Shown piece by piece: positions 37,426 through 50,660 of a stretch of DNA of 64,000 bases. This stretch comes from Pseudovirgaria hyperparasitica (Eukaryota): assembly GCA_010093815.1 (NCBI GenBank), contig ML996576.1, one strand, 5' to 3'. The notes beneath the pieces were generated by a model, which was not told where the DNA came from, ran no database searches, and saw only the letters and a program-made list of their open reading frames with translations. The number at the start of each line of letters is the position of its first letter. The first letter of the stretch is position 1. Position numbers and translations under genes: made by a program.

Positions 37426-39445
37426 ATGGTTGCCTCTAGCAAACCATGGGTCACACTGATGGCTTCACTTTTAACACTGTCAACTACAGTCGTGGCCAAA
37501 GATTGGGAAGGCCCTGCATATCCTACGCAAAGCTTTTTCAGTCAGCCTTTGCCAATCCCAGGGGTAAAAGCCCCAAAGTAGTAAGCTGTCATACAAGTCA
37601 TCAATGAAGCATGAGTAAGTCCACTGAAACTTCAAACAGTACTTTCACGAATCCTCAGACCGGTGGTCCCATCGACTACTATGAACTGGAGATCAAGCCT
37701 TTCCAACGAAAGCAGTATCCAAATCTGGCCAAGTCTGCTCGTATGGTCGGGTACGATGGTCAGTTCCCTGGACCTACCATCGACATTGAACAGGGTAGGG
37801 AGTCTGTTGTGCGGTATATCAACAATGGGGACCGTCCCGCGTCGACTCATCTTCACGGGAGCTATAGTCGTGCCCCTTTCGACGGGTATGCCGATGACCA
37901 CATTGATGTTGGTCAATACAAAGACTAGTACTTGAGCCCACTCTGGTCATCTCAAGCCCTTCTAACATCATCCAGCTACTACCCCAACCAGCAGAACGCT
38001 AGAACCTTGTGGTACCATGACCATGTCGTCGACCACACCGCTGAGAACGTTTACTTTGGCATGGCCGGCCTCTACCTTCTGCACGATCAGCACGAGCGTG
38101 ACCTCGCCCTCCCAACCGGCAAATACGACATTCCCTTGCTTATCATGGCCCGCCAGTATAACAGCGACGGTACGCTCTGGGATCCCGAAAAGAACGACGA
38201 GGATACGTCCATCTATGGCGACGTCGTCGAAGTCAACGGCCAACCCTGGCCAAACCTCAAGGTCGAACCCCGCAAATACCGCTTCCGTCTGCTCGACGGC
38301 GGCATCAGCCGTACATTCAAGCTGTTCCTAAACGCAGACCAGAAAAACAACCAGCGCGTGCCCTTCTACGTCATCGGCTCCGACTGCGGCCTGCTCGCCC
38401 AGTCCGTCGTCACAGACCTCGTCACAATCTCCATCGCAGAGCGCTGGGACGTAGTCATCGACTTCTCGCAATTCGCAGGCCAGAACGTCACCCTTCGCAA
38501 CGACCACGAGGAAGTCAATCCGGACACGGAGTATCTCGGCACAGACCGAGTGATGCGCTTCATCGTAGGAACAACCGTGTCCGACTCCTCTAACAATGGT
38601 GCTGTGCCCGTTCAGCTACGCGACGTGCCCTTCCCGCCCCAGGATCAGTCTGTCAACACGCGCCACTTCGAGTTCGGCCGCGGCGGCAGTAACTGGGTCA
38701 TCAACGGCATCGGCTGGCACGACACCGCAGACCGTCTCCTCGCCGCGCCCCAGCGCGGCTCCATCGAAATCTGGGAACTCGAGAACGGCGGCGGCGGCTG
38801 GAGGTATGTCGCCATCCCTATCCCCCTTATTCATACATGCTAACACCTCTACCCCCTAGCCACCCAATCCACGTCCACCTCGTCGACTTCCAAGTGATAA
38901 GCCGCACGGGCAGCGACCGCAGCGTACTCCCCTACGAATCCGCCGCCCAGCAAGACGTCGTGTGGCTCGGCCCCGGCGAAACCGTGCGTGTAATCGCGCG
39001 CTTCTCGCCCTGGCCCGGGCTCTACATGTTCCACTGCCACAACCTGATCCACGAGGACCACGAGATGCTCGCCGAGTTCAACGTCACGCAGGTCGCCGAT
39101 CTGGACCTGAACGAGCAGAACCTGTTTATCGATCCGCTGGCGCCCGAGTATGCGCCTGTGGGGTTTGCGCAGGGGGATCTGGCGGCGGGGACGAATGCGT
39201 TTGCGCGGGATGCGGTGGCGGAGAAGGTGGCGTGGTTTGCGAGCCTGAATGCGTATGCGGATGCGGCGGTTGTGGAGGAGAAGTTGGTCGAGTATTGGGA
39301 GGGGAAGGCGGCGGCGGAGAAGAGGGATGGGGGGTTGGTGGATGGGGTGCCGAGTGAGGAGCGACGGGCGGCGTTGTCTGGGTATGGGGTTGTGAGGAAA
39401 GGGGAGGGAAGGATTAGGGGGCGGAATGCGGTGGGCGGGCTTTGA
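37426..39445 (+). CDS. Secreted multicopper oxidase, bilirubin oxidase/CotA-like; 4 exons
   Basis: Signal peptide; copper ligands STHLHG, WYHDH, HPIHVHLV and HCHNLIHEDHEM; VEPRKYRFRLL and ISIAERWDVVIDF. Confidence 0.92.
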
Positions 39446-39699
39446 GGAGTGGTGTTGTTCTCTTTCTTTGTGTGTGTGCTTGATGGGATGAAGGTTTGGT
39501 TTCTTGTTGCGTTCGTATTGTCGGTTGTAGTTGTTTGTGCTGCGAAGGTGTTGCATCTTGCACGACGTGTAAGATGCTCTTCTTGTATATATATTCTGCC
39601 ATCGGATTTCCATGATGCAATCCTATACTTTATATCTGTAAGAAGTAGCATCAGCACGAACGCGAGTTATATACACATCTATATATAATCAAGTGACTA

Positions 39700-40110
39700 A
39701 CCGATAACGTCGCGTACGACTATCGAATCAAGGATACAGACATTGACTATCATATTTCCTTTCTTTAGAAGACATCTAAACAATAGGCTCAGAGAGGTAG
39801 AAGACTAGAAGATGGATAAGACAGTAATAGAAGCTTAGGTTTCATTGACCAACAACGATAATACATCATTACTGATATATCTAACAAAAACCCTACAATT
39901 GGATATCGTAATATAACCAAAGACTATTAATTATGAGAGACGGATTAAAACTTTCATAGAGTCATAATTATACTAACAAGATATATATACTTAAGGTTTT
40001 TAATAAGTTGATTACATATAGCTTTAAGTAACATAATAGTATAGAGGACGATAAGAGAATCAAGACATGGTATCGTCGTGAGGTTAGTCTAGCATAATAA
40101 AGACGAGACT
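39700..40110. repeat. Short AT/TpA-rich tract, probable RIP-mutated repeat relic
   Basis: Abrupt drop in GC with dense TA, TAG and TAA; no ORF. Confidence 0.4.
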
Positions 40111-40433
40111 ATACAAGAGCAGGATCAAGTCTAAGAGTATTCACTATGGGTATGCATGGCGGACCCTCGAAACACAATATGGATTCTTGCCTTACTAATC
40201 TATCAGTAGTCAAAAACATGTTTGGACAGGTAAAAGGTGGAGCTGTATAGGTTCGGAACGCCATGCTTGCCAACGCCGATGTAAATGCAGGTGATGAAAG
40301 GATCGCGAGCAACTCAGCAGACGTACGGGCAGACTACCGAAGCGGTTGCAAGGAAACTGAGACCATGTCCAAGAACAAGCCTGCGCTCCAAGAGAGGAAA
40401 TCTAGGTGATGCACAAAGGGAAGACAGCTCTCA

Positions 40434-41172
40434 TCACGCTATATCATCGTTCTCCTCTCCTTCTGAGCCTGAGTCGTCTTCTCGGTCCTCATCGTCATCG
40501 CCCATGTCGAAGTCCTCGTCCGAGTCACTCCCGCCGAAGCTTTCCGCATCGCTATCTTCCCAGCTCATGGTGTAGTCGTCATCAAACGTATCGCGCTTGG
40601 CAAAGGCAGTCTCAGACGTAGGCATAACGAAGCCCGACGGAATGTCTTCCTTACTCTTCTCGACGTCTCTTGCTACCTGCTTCTTATACGCAGCCGGATC
40701 TTTTCGGAGCATGACACCAGCATCGACATTCGCAGGAGAAGAGACTTCGGCATCGTCGAGGAGCGATAGGATGGAGATAAGGACGCTCTCGACACGCTGG
40801 GCCGGCGACCATCGCTCTGCAGCGCTCTCCCCAGACATCTCATCCTCGCCCGGAGCATGTAATATCGATATGCAAAGGCGGCCGTCAGCGTAGATATTGG
40901 GGTGGTAGAGCGGCCGGATAAACTTGAAGTCTATAGAGTCAGCAATGGTGTCGCATATGTAGAGAGAGGCCCGTGATACCTGGTGGACTGTATGGGTAGT
41001 TTGAGGGAAAGGTCATCTTCGCTTTGTAGTATCCGCCATAGTATGGGGAGTCGGAGTTCAGCGGAATGAGGGCCACGCTCCATTCGAGGATGTTCTCGTG
41101 AATGAGCTCGATGTTTGTCCACGGCTCTTTGCTCAGAGTCTTGAACTCGTTCATCAGTATGCGTTGTGCCAT
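40434..41172 (-). CDS. CDC34: Ubiquitin-conjugating enzyme E2, Cdc34/Ubc3-like
   Basis: YPYSPP|DFKFIRPLYHPNIYADGRLCISILHAPGEDEMSGESAAERWSP: catalytic Cys, acidic loop insertion and acidic C-terminal tail. Confidence 0.85.
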
Positions 41173-42170
41173 GATGTGTATGTAGAGTGAGTGCTGTAAG
41201 GAGCGCGGTAGAGGCGACGACGGCTGGTGGCTGGAAGAAATTGGGCGGCTCGAGGACTCTTAGGAAGATCGTGAGCGAAGTGAAGGTGATGCAATGTTGA
41301 GCAACGTGAACAGGTGTGACGAAGGTGATTGTCTAGTGAGCACTTGTGACTTGCGTGACTTGTGAGAGTCGAATCAAGTCTAGTTAGAGTTGATGATGCA
41401 CGACGTACGGCGGGTGGCGGGGCGGAGCTCGGATCGAGGCGTCGGCGTGATTGTCCTAGGCGTTTTAGCGTGCTAGAGGATGAGAGTAGTTTGGAGAGTT
41501 GAGAGCGGGAGTGTATTTATGTGTTGTCGTTCTGCGGTTCGATGCGGGAGAGGTGTGAGAATGCTGATGTGTCTTTATTTCTTTGTTTCCTTCGTCCAGG
41601 GCGGACTCCCAGGCAAGAGGCATCAATAACACCAGAGCCAGGCGAGGACATTGTTGGCAGGTGTGACAAATCGTGTGAGGTTAGTGGCAGGGACTAGGCA
41701 GTTTCAGAGTGAATGGATGGGTGGGGATGGTCATGATGGTGGTATCTTTGTGGAATATATCGTTTTGATCTGATAGGAGAGTGAGTGTATTGTGTGTTTT
41801 GGTTTGTTTACTGGTTCGTGTCGCTGGGGAAAGACGGTGATGATAGGAACAATGTCGCTAGTACACTTTTGGACTAGCGTCTGTTTTTCACATACCTCCT
41901 GTTCTTCCGAGGGTTCCCATTTGCGTCTCGTACCATCTTACATTTCACATATAATACTTGTTACGCAACATAACACTATTTAGGGCTCCGCGTATGTCAT
42001 CGTTAAAGGCTAGGTCCCAATCTCACTATCGACATTCTCCGTCCCCTATCTCGACGACGAGTATGCTAGCCTCGTGTACCTTGGCTTGTCTGCCAGTCAA
42101 TTCATCTCATCACCTCACGGCATGTTGTGCCGGTAATCGGAACAACAACACCTCATGCCATCAAGTCGTC

Positions 42171-43983
42171 TCACTTAAGCAGCATGTCCATGTCGCTCGC
42201 GAAAGTGGTTCTCTTCCGGATCAGCAGTCGTGCTCTGGGATCAGGGTATAGGTCCCCGTCCACAGTCAAGTTCTCAGGCCGCATTTGACCTTCAGGGAAC
42301 TTCAAATCGTACATCAGCAACAAATGTGCTAGAACCATTTTCATCTCATTGGAAACATAGAAGCGGCCGGGACACGCGAAGCGTCCGAATCCGAACGCCA
42401 TGTTACTGCCATCCGCCATTGCGAACAGATACTTGTTGCTATTCTCAGGCTGCTGTCGCACCTTGAAATAGCGGAAAGCATCAAATAGCTCTGGTCCGAC
42501 GTCTCCAGGGACATGCTCTGGATCGTTGAGTATTTCATTTGATGGCACTGCGACCCGTGTGCCTGGGGGTATCACTGTGCCATCAGACAACTTCATTCGC
42601 TTATGATAGATGCGATTGAAAGTTACTATACGCATATTAGCTGGTAGACCGGCCTTGAGTATTTTATTGTACTAACGCAGAAACACTGGATTGAACCGCT
42701 GGCTCTCCTTTAACAAGCTGTCTAGTCTTCGGAGCCGACCTAATGTACCTTTCTTCTCCCAGCCTCCGTCCTCCTGCAACACTTGGACCACCTCAGCCCG
42801 AATAGGTTCCAAGAACTCTGGATGAGCGCAGAGATCATAGAGCGCTTGGCTCATAGTCAAGGCAGTTGTGTGAATAGACGAAAGACTCAACACAAGCACT
42901 CGTTGACATAAGTTTCCAACCTCAGCTTCGCGCGTGTTTGCTGCGTCCATCATCCACTGAAGTACGTCATTTGGTCTTTGGTACCCAGGCCCGCTTTGTG
43001 CCTCGAGGTCTCTGCGCGTCTGGATAATGTGACCCACGATACGGCGGCATGCAGATACGTTTCGCTTTAGGCCCCAGAAGGATGGCAGCAAAGGAGCCAC
43101 TAGTGGACGCAATATCTTCGGCACCAGGCGGAGAATGAAGCCTGTGACAAACAGGTTCTCTGTGTACTGCGTGGTGGTCTCGACCCATTCCTCGTTGCGG
43201 CAGTCAGCAGGGCCGAGGAAGATGCGCGCTGATATGTGCGACACTATGCGTGCAAGCTTGGGCACGATGTCGAGCTCGACCCAATTTCCTGCTTTATGTG
43301 AGTGTAATGAGCGAATGTTTCATCCAAATCGGGATAAACCTTGACAATTCGGCATCTCCCTTACCAACGCCCAATCTAACTCCTCCTTCATTACTGGCAC
43401 CAGACGTCCCAGATTCGGTGTCAGCTTCTGATGCAGCACGCGATTTTGCAGGTCGCTTTCCAGGAACAGCTTCCCACACACATATTCGCCCACAAAGTCG
43501 TGGATAAATGGTTCCACACTGTTGACCTTGTCGCGCGAAATACTCCGAATCTCCTCCAAAATCTTGGGCGAGATGACGAGCACGTCGGTGCCTATTCTGC
43601 GGATCTGGAACATCGATTCTTTAAACTGTTTGCCCAGATCAGAATGATGCTAGATGTTTGGGTCCTGGAAACTGTACCTTCGAGTAACCCTCATGCAGTA
43701 TTGAGCGGCTACCTCGTACGAAGCGTAGACGGACGAGCCATTGTGGCTCGAGAGGGTGTCTATGGCCCACGACCGGGGCATTGACCTTTTCCTCGAAGGA
43801 GTACTTCAGGAGGTTGAACACGTAGAGTAAACTGAACAAGAACAAGACTGTCCACGCTTTTGAAGTCCCGACATTTCCAAGTTCAAGCAATGCCGAAGCA
43901 TCAGCTACGATTGGTATAAGGCCTGCTTCACTGATGTTCACATCGAACGTTGAAATTAATGAGTCGTGGTGATATTCAAACAT
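42171..43983 (-). CDS. P450-4: Cytochrome P450, ent-kaurene oxidase (GA P450-4, CYP503-like); 4 exons
   Basis: SVEPFIHDF, SDLQNRV, ISARIFLGP, SIHTTA, KESQRFNPVFL|TFNRIYH, MAFGFGRFACPGRFY and DPRARL match recalled Fusarium fujikuroi P450-4 segments closely. Confidence 0.88.
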
Positions 43984-44248
43984 ATCTAATAGTTAAGATG
44001 TGACAGACACGACCAAAAGACGAGGAGCGACTCGAGGAACAAAGACAAGTGCCGACACGAACGCTGCTTGACTGGCTTGACAGTTTGTTATACACACCAA
44101 CACGGAACCATATCAGGTCAAGAGCTCTATAAGCCGACATACATGACCACGGCCAATTTCACACATCGTACACCATGCGCTGTCGAGAGCAAGCAATCAA
44201 CCATGACGAGTACGTCCCTTCTCGTACGCATCTCTCATAAGTCAACGA

Positions 44249-44435
44249 CGATCAGCTAGACAATGTTGTCCTCGAGCCGCTCACAGTTAAGATAGCAAAT
44301 AAAGTTCCATCGATCCGCCAGACCCAATTGTCCTCGAGCCGCTCACAACTACGACAGCAAATGAAGCTTCGTCGATTCGCTAGATAGTATCATCCTCGAG
44401 TCACTCGCAGCCACAATAGCAGATGAAGTTCGATC
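44249..44435. repeat. 62-bp tandem repeat, 3 copies, in the P450-4/CPS-KS divergent intergenic region
   Basis: CTCGAG cores at 44271, 44333 and 44395. Unit approximates TGTCCTCGAGCCGCTCACAGTTAAGATAGCAAATAAAGTTCCATCGATCCGCCAGAC. Confidence 0.85.
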
Positions 44436-45709
44436 CAAGAGCATTCTCAAGATGTCTCGGGCTTTGCCTTCCATTTTAGCACTTCTTGTCGATCCTATAT
44501 CCCATGAACGTAGCAAGGTTCTAGGGTTGTTACTACCTTGGTTGTATGTCTTTAGCACGATAGTAGTGGCTTATTCGATGCCTCGACTCCTCCAGGCTCA
44601 TGACGTACGAGTCTGTATTATGGATCGATGCGTCAGGAACCTAACCTTGTAAAACTATAGTCGAATACCTAGCCAGGTTTCAGTAACCGATTCCCGGTAG
44701 TTGGAGTCATTCAGAGCTTGTCTACGTCCTCAAGTACGAGCCGCACGCATACCAATGTTATTAGCGTCAGACCGTATCGAGAAGACCATACGTTATCAAT
44801 GATCCATTAGGATTAGGATATTGCGGTGCCGCGTATGACGCATTTCGCCTCGAATTCTAGAATTCGCGGGCTGAATACATCGTTTTTAGATTATTCTTCA
44901 AATGATCTAAGTTAGGTTCATGATCGACAGTTGCGTGAAAGTATGGTTGAATCCAAGTATGTGATTAGGTGGAGCTATGCCCACTCACAGAACAAGTGGG
45001 CTTTTGGGCATAGACGATGTGCCGAAGAACCTCGTCTCGGTATGTGTTGGCTAGTGTCTACAGGTGTTGAAGTATGTCGCATACTAGTTTTTTCCTTTCC
45101 TTTCATACGAGAGGTTTGTATAGCGTGGAGATAGAGTCCCATAACTCTCTGTTTGTAACACTCTTTTGCATCCTAAGAGAGGCGATCGAACCTGGCATTC
45201 TCTACAAACCAAGTCTTACGATAGACTACTAGTCTGTGCGCCGCCTCGGGGTAAAATTCAAAAATACTAGACTATGTTATTTCCTATTGCTCGACAGGCC
45301 ATGCTTACCTTTCTGGAATCTCATGCACTTGATAACTGTAGTTTGATCGGAAGCCACATTTAAGTGGAAAGTCATCGGAGTTTTCCGCCATATCATCACA
45401 CCGAATTCCGCATGCTTCAGCCAAGCCGACTACAGGGTAACAGGGTAGTGAAGATCGCTTAGTCGATCGGATAATCAGACAGTCAAGAGACTCTCTATCA
45501 AATAACAACACATTGTCAAAACACGGGACGTTATCTTGCTAGTGAGTATAGACAAGCGGGAGAGTATGCTAAGAAAGTTCGAAGTAGTCAAGCCATGATT
45601 TTCCTATTGTAGGCTAGGATATATAGTCGTGTCGACCGCACAATATGGTGTTCTCGATCAAAAATAAAGATCCCAAGCTCTATAGCCATTATTGTAACTG
45701 ACCAGAAAT

Positions 45710-48700
45710 ATGAATGGAGATACGATGAGCACCGCTCCGGCGAACAGCACCAGCGAACTTAGTAGACTGGCTGCAACTGCACGATCGTTGGTTCAGAGAA
45801 TGCTCACCAGCTACCACCCTGACTATGGCTTCAGTACTACCAGTGTCCAGGTCTACGATACGGCTTGGGTGTCCATGATCTCGAAGACGACCCAAGGCAG
45901 GCAGGAATGGTTGTTTCCGGCATCATTCCATTACCTACTCAAGACCCAGTCTGAAGATGGCAGCTGGGGAGCTCACCCAGACACTCAAACAGTCGGGATC
46001 TTGGACACAGCGTCTGCTTTGCTTGCGTTGATTCGTCATTACCATCAGCCTCTACAGATCTGCGACGTTTCCCCGTCAGAGCTCAAAAGACGTATTAAAA
46101 AAGCAACTGAATCGCTCCGTCATCAGCTTGACAACTGGGATGACGTGCAGGAAAGCAACCACATCGGTGTCGAGATTATTGTACCTGCCCTTCTCGAGTA
46201 TCTGTCACTGGAGGACCCAGAATTATACTTCGTGTTCGAGGCCAGAACGACCCTTCTACACATACGCGACACTAAGTTAGCAAGCTTCAAGCCTGAGTAT
46301 CTGTATGGACAGAAACCACTATCTCTTCTACATTCCCTGGAGGCGTTTATTGGGAAAATTGATTTCGACAAGGTCTCTCACCATGTATTTCAAGGATCTA
46401 TGATGGCTTCGCCATCTTCCACAGCTGCTTACCTGATGAACGTCTCCTGCTGGGACGACGTAGCAGAGGCATATTTGCGACATGTTTCCAGTGTCGGATC
46501 CGGACACGGTGATGGTGGCATACCAGGTACATTCCCAACGGCAAACTTTGAGTTTAACTGGGTCAGTTGCAACGATCAACAACCAACAAGTATGAAACTG
46601 ATCATATGTGCAGACCATAACAACCCTACTCCGAGCTGGAGTCACAAATCAAGACCTGGACTGTCCGGAGCTTCACACAGTCACAGAGATCCTCATCAAG
46701 GCTTTCCAAGACGAGAAAGGAGTCATTGGTTTCGGTGGGTGTATAGAGCACTTCGAGTCTGAGATTGTTCACTCAATGTCTGTAGCACCTCGGGCCGTGG
46801 ACGCCGATGACACTGCGAAGGGTCTTCTCACCCTAAGTCTGCTTGGTCGAAGTGAGACTGTCAGCCCAAAGCCAATGATACGTAGATTCGAGGTCGACAA
46901 TCACTTCTCTACCTTTGGTTCCGAGCGCGATGCAAGCTTCACCACAAATTGTCACGTTCTCATGGCATTACTCCATCAGGACGAAGCTGGAAAATATACT
47001 TCTCAGATCTGTAAGACAGTCAAGTTCCTCTGCGACTGGTGGTGGACACATGATGGCAAACTGAAGGATAAGTGGGTAAGTCACCTTTCAGGCTTCATCC
47101 AGTACTTGAACAACGTTGACCAGATGCTAGAATCTTAGTCATATGTATCCAACAATGCTCATGGTCGAAGCGTTCACGGACCTTCTGTCCCTGCTTGATA
47201 CCGGCTCTTTCCCACATCTCCTGACCATGGAACAGCAGCTGCGCATGGCGATAGCGCTCTTCCAAGCCTGTAATCGTACGCTCAAGACTCAGGACCAGGA
47301 CGGATCCTGGGATGGCAAGCCTGAACATACGGCTTATGCCATCCTGGTGCTGGCAGAGGCGCGCCGTATCTGTCTGTTCTCCGAGCTACAGGACCCCATA
47401 TTCTCGGCCATCCAACGTGGTGTGCTTTTTCTCAAGTCCGTTGGTCACCAGTCATTCGACTATAACTGGACTTCGAAGACGGCATACAGAACCAGCTTTG
47501 TAGCTGAAGCATATCTGATTGCTGCACAATGGGTAGGTTGCAGTAACAGAGACACGACACAGCCTCAGATTGGGAAGTCCTTGTCGCTTGATGATCTGAG
47601 AAGAGGTATAAAAAAACATGCGACTCTACTCTACCAGACGCCTATGTTTTCTAGTGTCCCTGAATGGAAGATACAGGCATCTATGGCTGAATCTATGTTG
47701 TTTATACCTCTGCTCCAGCAGGAGAGACTGAGTATATTTTCCCGCGACAAATTCCAGTTGGAGAACGATTCCTACATCAACATGATCCCCTTTACCTGGG
47801 TTGGACCAAACAACCGCTCCGGCGCCTTCGTCTCTACCTCTTTCATATACGACATGATGCTCCTATCAATGTACGGCTACCAAGTCGACGAATTCATCGA
47901 GACCGTCGCCGCTCCTGCATTCGGCACCGACACACAGCGTCTCCACAGCCTCATCGACGACACGATCGGGCAAATCGCCTACAAGCCCAACAACCCCGAC
48001 AACCGCCGCGACAGCCTCGACCCAACCGTCCTTCACACCCAACACAACACCAACAACACCGACCCCAACATCACCCTCCAACTCACCCGCTTCATCACCT
48101 ACGTCCTCCACCACCCAACCATCCTCCGCGCCAGCCCCTCCGACCGCACCCACCTCCGCCACGAACTATCCTCCTTCCTCCACGCCCACACAACCCAACT
48201 CACTCTTAACCACTCCCATACCAACACATCCCCACCCTTCTTCACCTGGCTCCGCACCACCGCCGCCGACCACGTTGCATGCGCCTACTCCCACGCCTTC
48301 GCCGCATGCCTGCAATCCGCCACCCTCACCCACGGCACCCCTCTCTACCCCAGCATCACCCAGTCCTACCTCGTCCAGCACGCCGTGCGCCACCTCGCAA
48401 CCGCATGCCGCATATACAACGACTATGGCAGCGCAGCACGCGACGCTGCAGAGCATAACCTCAACGCCATGGATTTCCCTGAGTTTGACGCTTGTGCTGG
48501 TGCTGCGGAGCGTAGGGCTGCGCTGGAGTTTCTGGGGCGGCATGAGTGGGGGTGCTTGGAGTATGTGCTGGGTGAGTTGCGGAGTGAGATTGGGAGGGCG
48601 GCGAGGGGGGATGTTGGGGAAGTGAGGAGGGCGGAGAGGAAGATGGGGTATTTGGGGTTGTTTTGTGATGTTACGGCGTTGTATAATCAGATTTATGCGA

Positions 48701-48732
48701 GGTGTGATGTTTCGGCGCGGGTTAGGGGGTAG
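45710..48732 (+). CDS. cps/ks: Bifunctional ent-copalyl diphosphate/ent-kaurene synthase; 4 exons
   Basis: VYDTAWV, QSEDGSWG, LHSLEAF, MMASPSSTAAYL, class II DADD (AVDADDTAK), KDKW, class I DEFIE and NSE-type RIYNDYGSAARDAAE motifs. Confidence 0.92.
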
Positions 48733-50660
48733 GTTGGGGGAATGGAGTGGTGTTGTGATGATGTTGGTTGTTCCGAGTATGGTGGGATGCAAGAGTAGTG
48801 AATACGTTGTGTTTGTATGTCTGTTTGTTTCTTTCTTCTTTTTCCTAGTAACCACGTTCACAATACAATCTCGAGCATCTATTCCCATATAAGAAACACA
48901 CATCTATAGTAGATACCCTTCCCAGCCTATCCGACCCTCTCCCCTATCCACAGTACCAACCATCAACGCCCCTTTTCTTCCCACCAACTAAACTACTAAC
49001 TCTCCGAATTCTCCCCTCTCCTACACTCTAACCACCACAACCCATCAGTACATCCAACAAAAAAGCCCCAAGTTCACCCCCTCAAACCTAAAATCCCAGC
49101 CCCCACGTCGTCATGGCAGTCAAGACTAGGATCCCATGCCATGCACAGCAGCCCGGCCCCGATTCCCCTCACTCTGCAGTGCTCATCCTAGTATCTTGAC
49201 ACGTTATTCATCATCGTCCAAAGTTGATGACCCGGCAGACGTTTGTGGATACGGATCGATAATACGTACAGGGCTATGGTGTGGGGGATGGAGTGTGGGG
49301 TACATACATAGTACATGCTGCGGTGTCGGGCCTTTAGGTGGTACAGAGCCATGGCCCTGGGTCTGTTGTGCTCAGGTGATGCATTCTAGCTAGTGATGTT
49401 TAATTATCAGGACGGGTAGTGATGTATGTAAGTGCGGACGCAAGGACAGCATGGATGGATGAATGCATGAATGACTGGACGCCGTGGACGGGATATATAG
49501 AAGCATAGAAAGACGGCACATCAAGAGCACCAAACGAGACCCGACACGTGAAACTTAAGGGGTCTCAGTATACAGAATCACGCACAACGTCCATCCCTGC
49601 CTTCCAATGGCGATTGTACAGGGAAGTGCGTCTGTGCACGAGACCACGGAACAGTGATGCCGAAGCTGGGATATATGGCATGCATCGACAAGATATATTC
49701 ATAAAATGTGCAAGTGTGCGTATGTGATGTCATGCAGCTCGAAAGGGGTAAAGGCTCGGAGTAAAGATTATTGGCATTCATGTGCATATATTGGAAATGA
49801 TAGGGGTGTCAAGGCTATATTTCAGGACGGCTAGAATGCCGCTGACCGGCGAGGAAGGCGCTGTGTGGTTGTATGTGATATAGGGCTTTTAGAGCTGTTT
49901 GGCGCAAGATTTCATAAGATAGCCCCAGACTATCAAGACTGTGGAATCAGTCAAGGAGATATCTACATACAGGGAATGAGAAGTCTTGTAATGTAAGAAG
50001 AGACACGGAATATTGACTTGGCGGAGAAAATTACTACAATCTTTTAGCGGAAAGCTTCCGTAGTTAGTAGTGTGTAATGTGTCCATGTCCCCGGAGTATG
50101 GAGAGAAACACGGATGGATGAATATGGTCGCCGTCTCGAGGGATAACGGCTGGGCGATGCAAAGTATCATGGATGTATGTATATAGAGAAAACATCAGGC
50201 GATCCGGAGGAACAGTTGTCCATTTCTGCATGTTTGAATGAGAATATACGGCATTTGCAGGACTTTTCAATGATCGTGAATGGTTCTGGGAGATTTGATA
50301 TGGCCAGGGAATGGTGGCTATCCAGAGGGACAATTAGTCAGCATCGATCAGTTGCTTAATGTACGACCTGATACGTATCACGAAGGATACTCGATGGTTC
50401 GTTGATCCAAAGACTCGATCGAATTCACAAGCCAGGAGATGGCCTGACGGTTGGCCGAATCGCCGATGATACCAGCTGTAGGAGCAGAATATGTCACATT
50501 CTTTCAGTAGCACCACTGCTTCCCACCGCTGCCGCTGGAAACAGACAGAAGACACTGAAAAGATATCTATAGTAATATCACATCACTGTCGACACTTCAT
50601 AGATCACACTTCACTACTAACGTCTCTAACTCCAAATCAAAACTCCACACACTCTGTACA

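Noticed and set aside
38849..39657. Long antisense ORFs over the multicopper oxidase (similarly 48166-48903 and 8549-9088)
   Set aside because: Shadows of GC-skewed or low-complexity coding sequence on the opposite strand.
37426..41172. Multicopper oxidase and E2 as members of the GA cluster
   Set aside because: Neither has a known role in GA biosynthesis; the housekeeping E2 more likely marks the cluster border.
48733..50660. Hidden ggs2, des or P450-3 between cps/ks and P450-1
   Set aside because: Only short ORFs without DDxxD, 2-oxoglutarate dioxygenase or P450 motifs.
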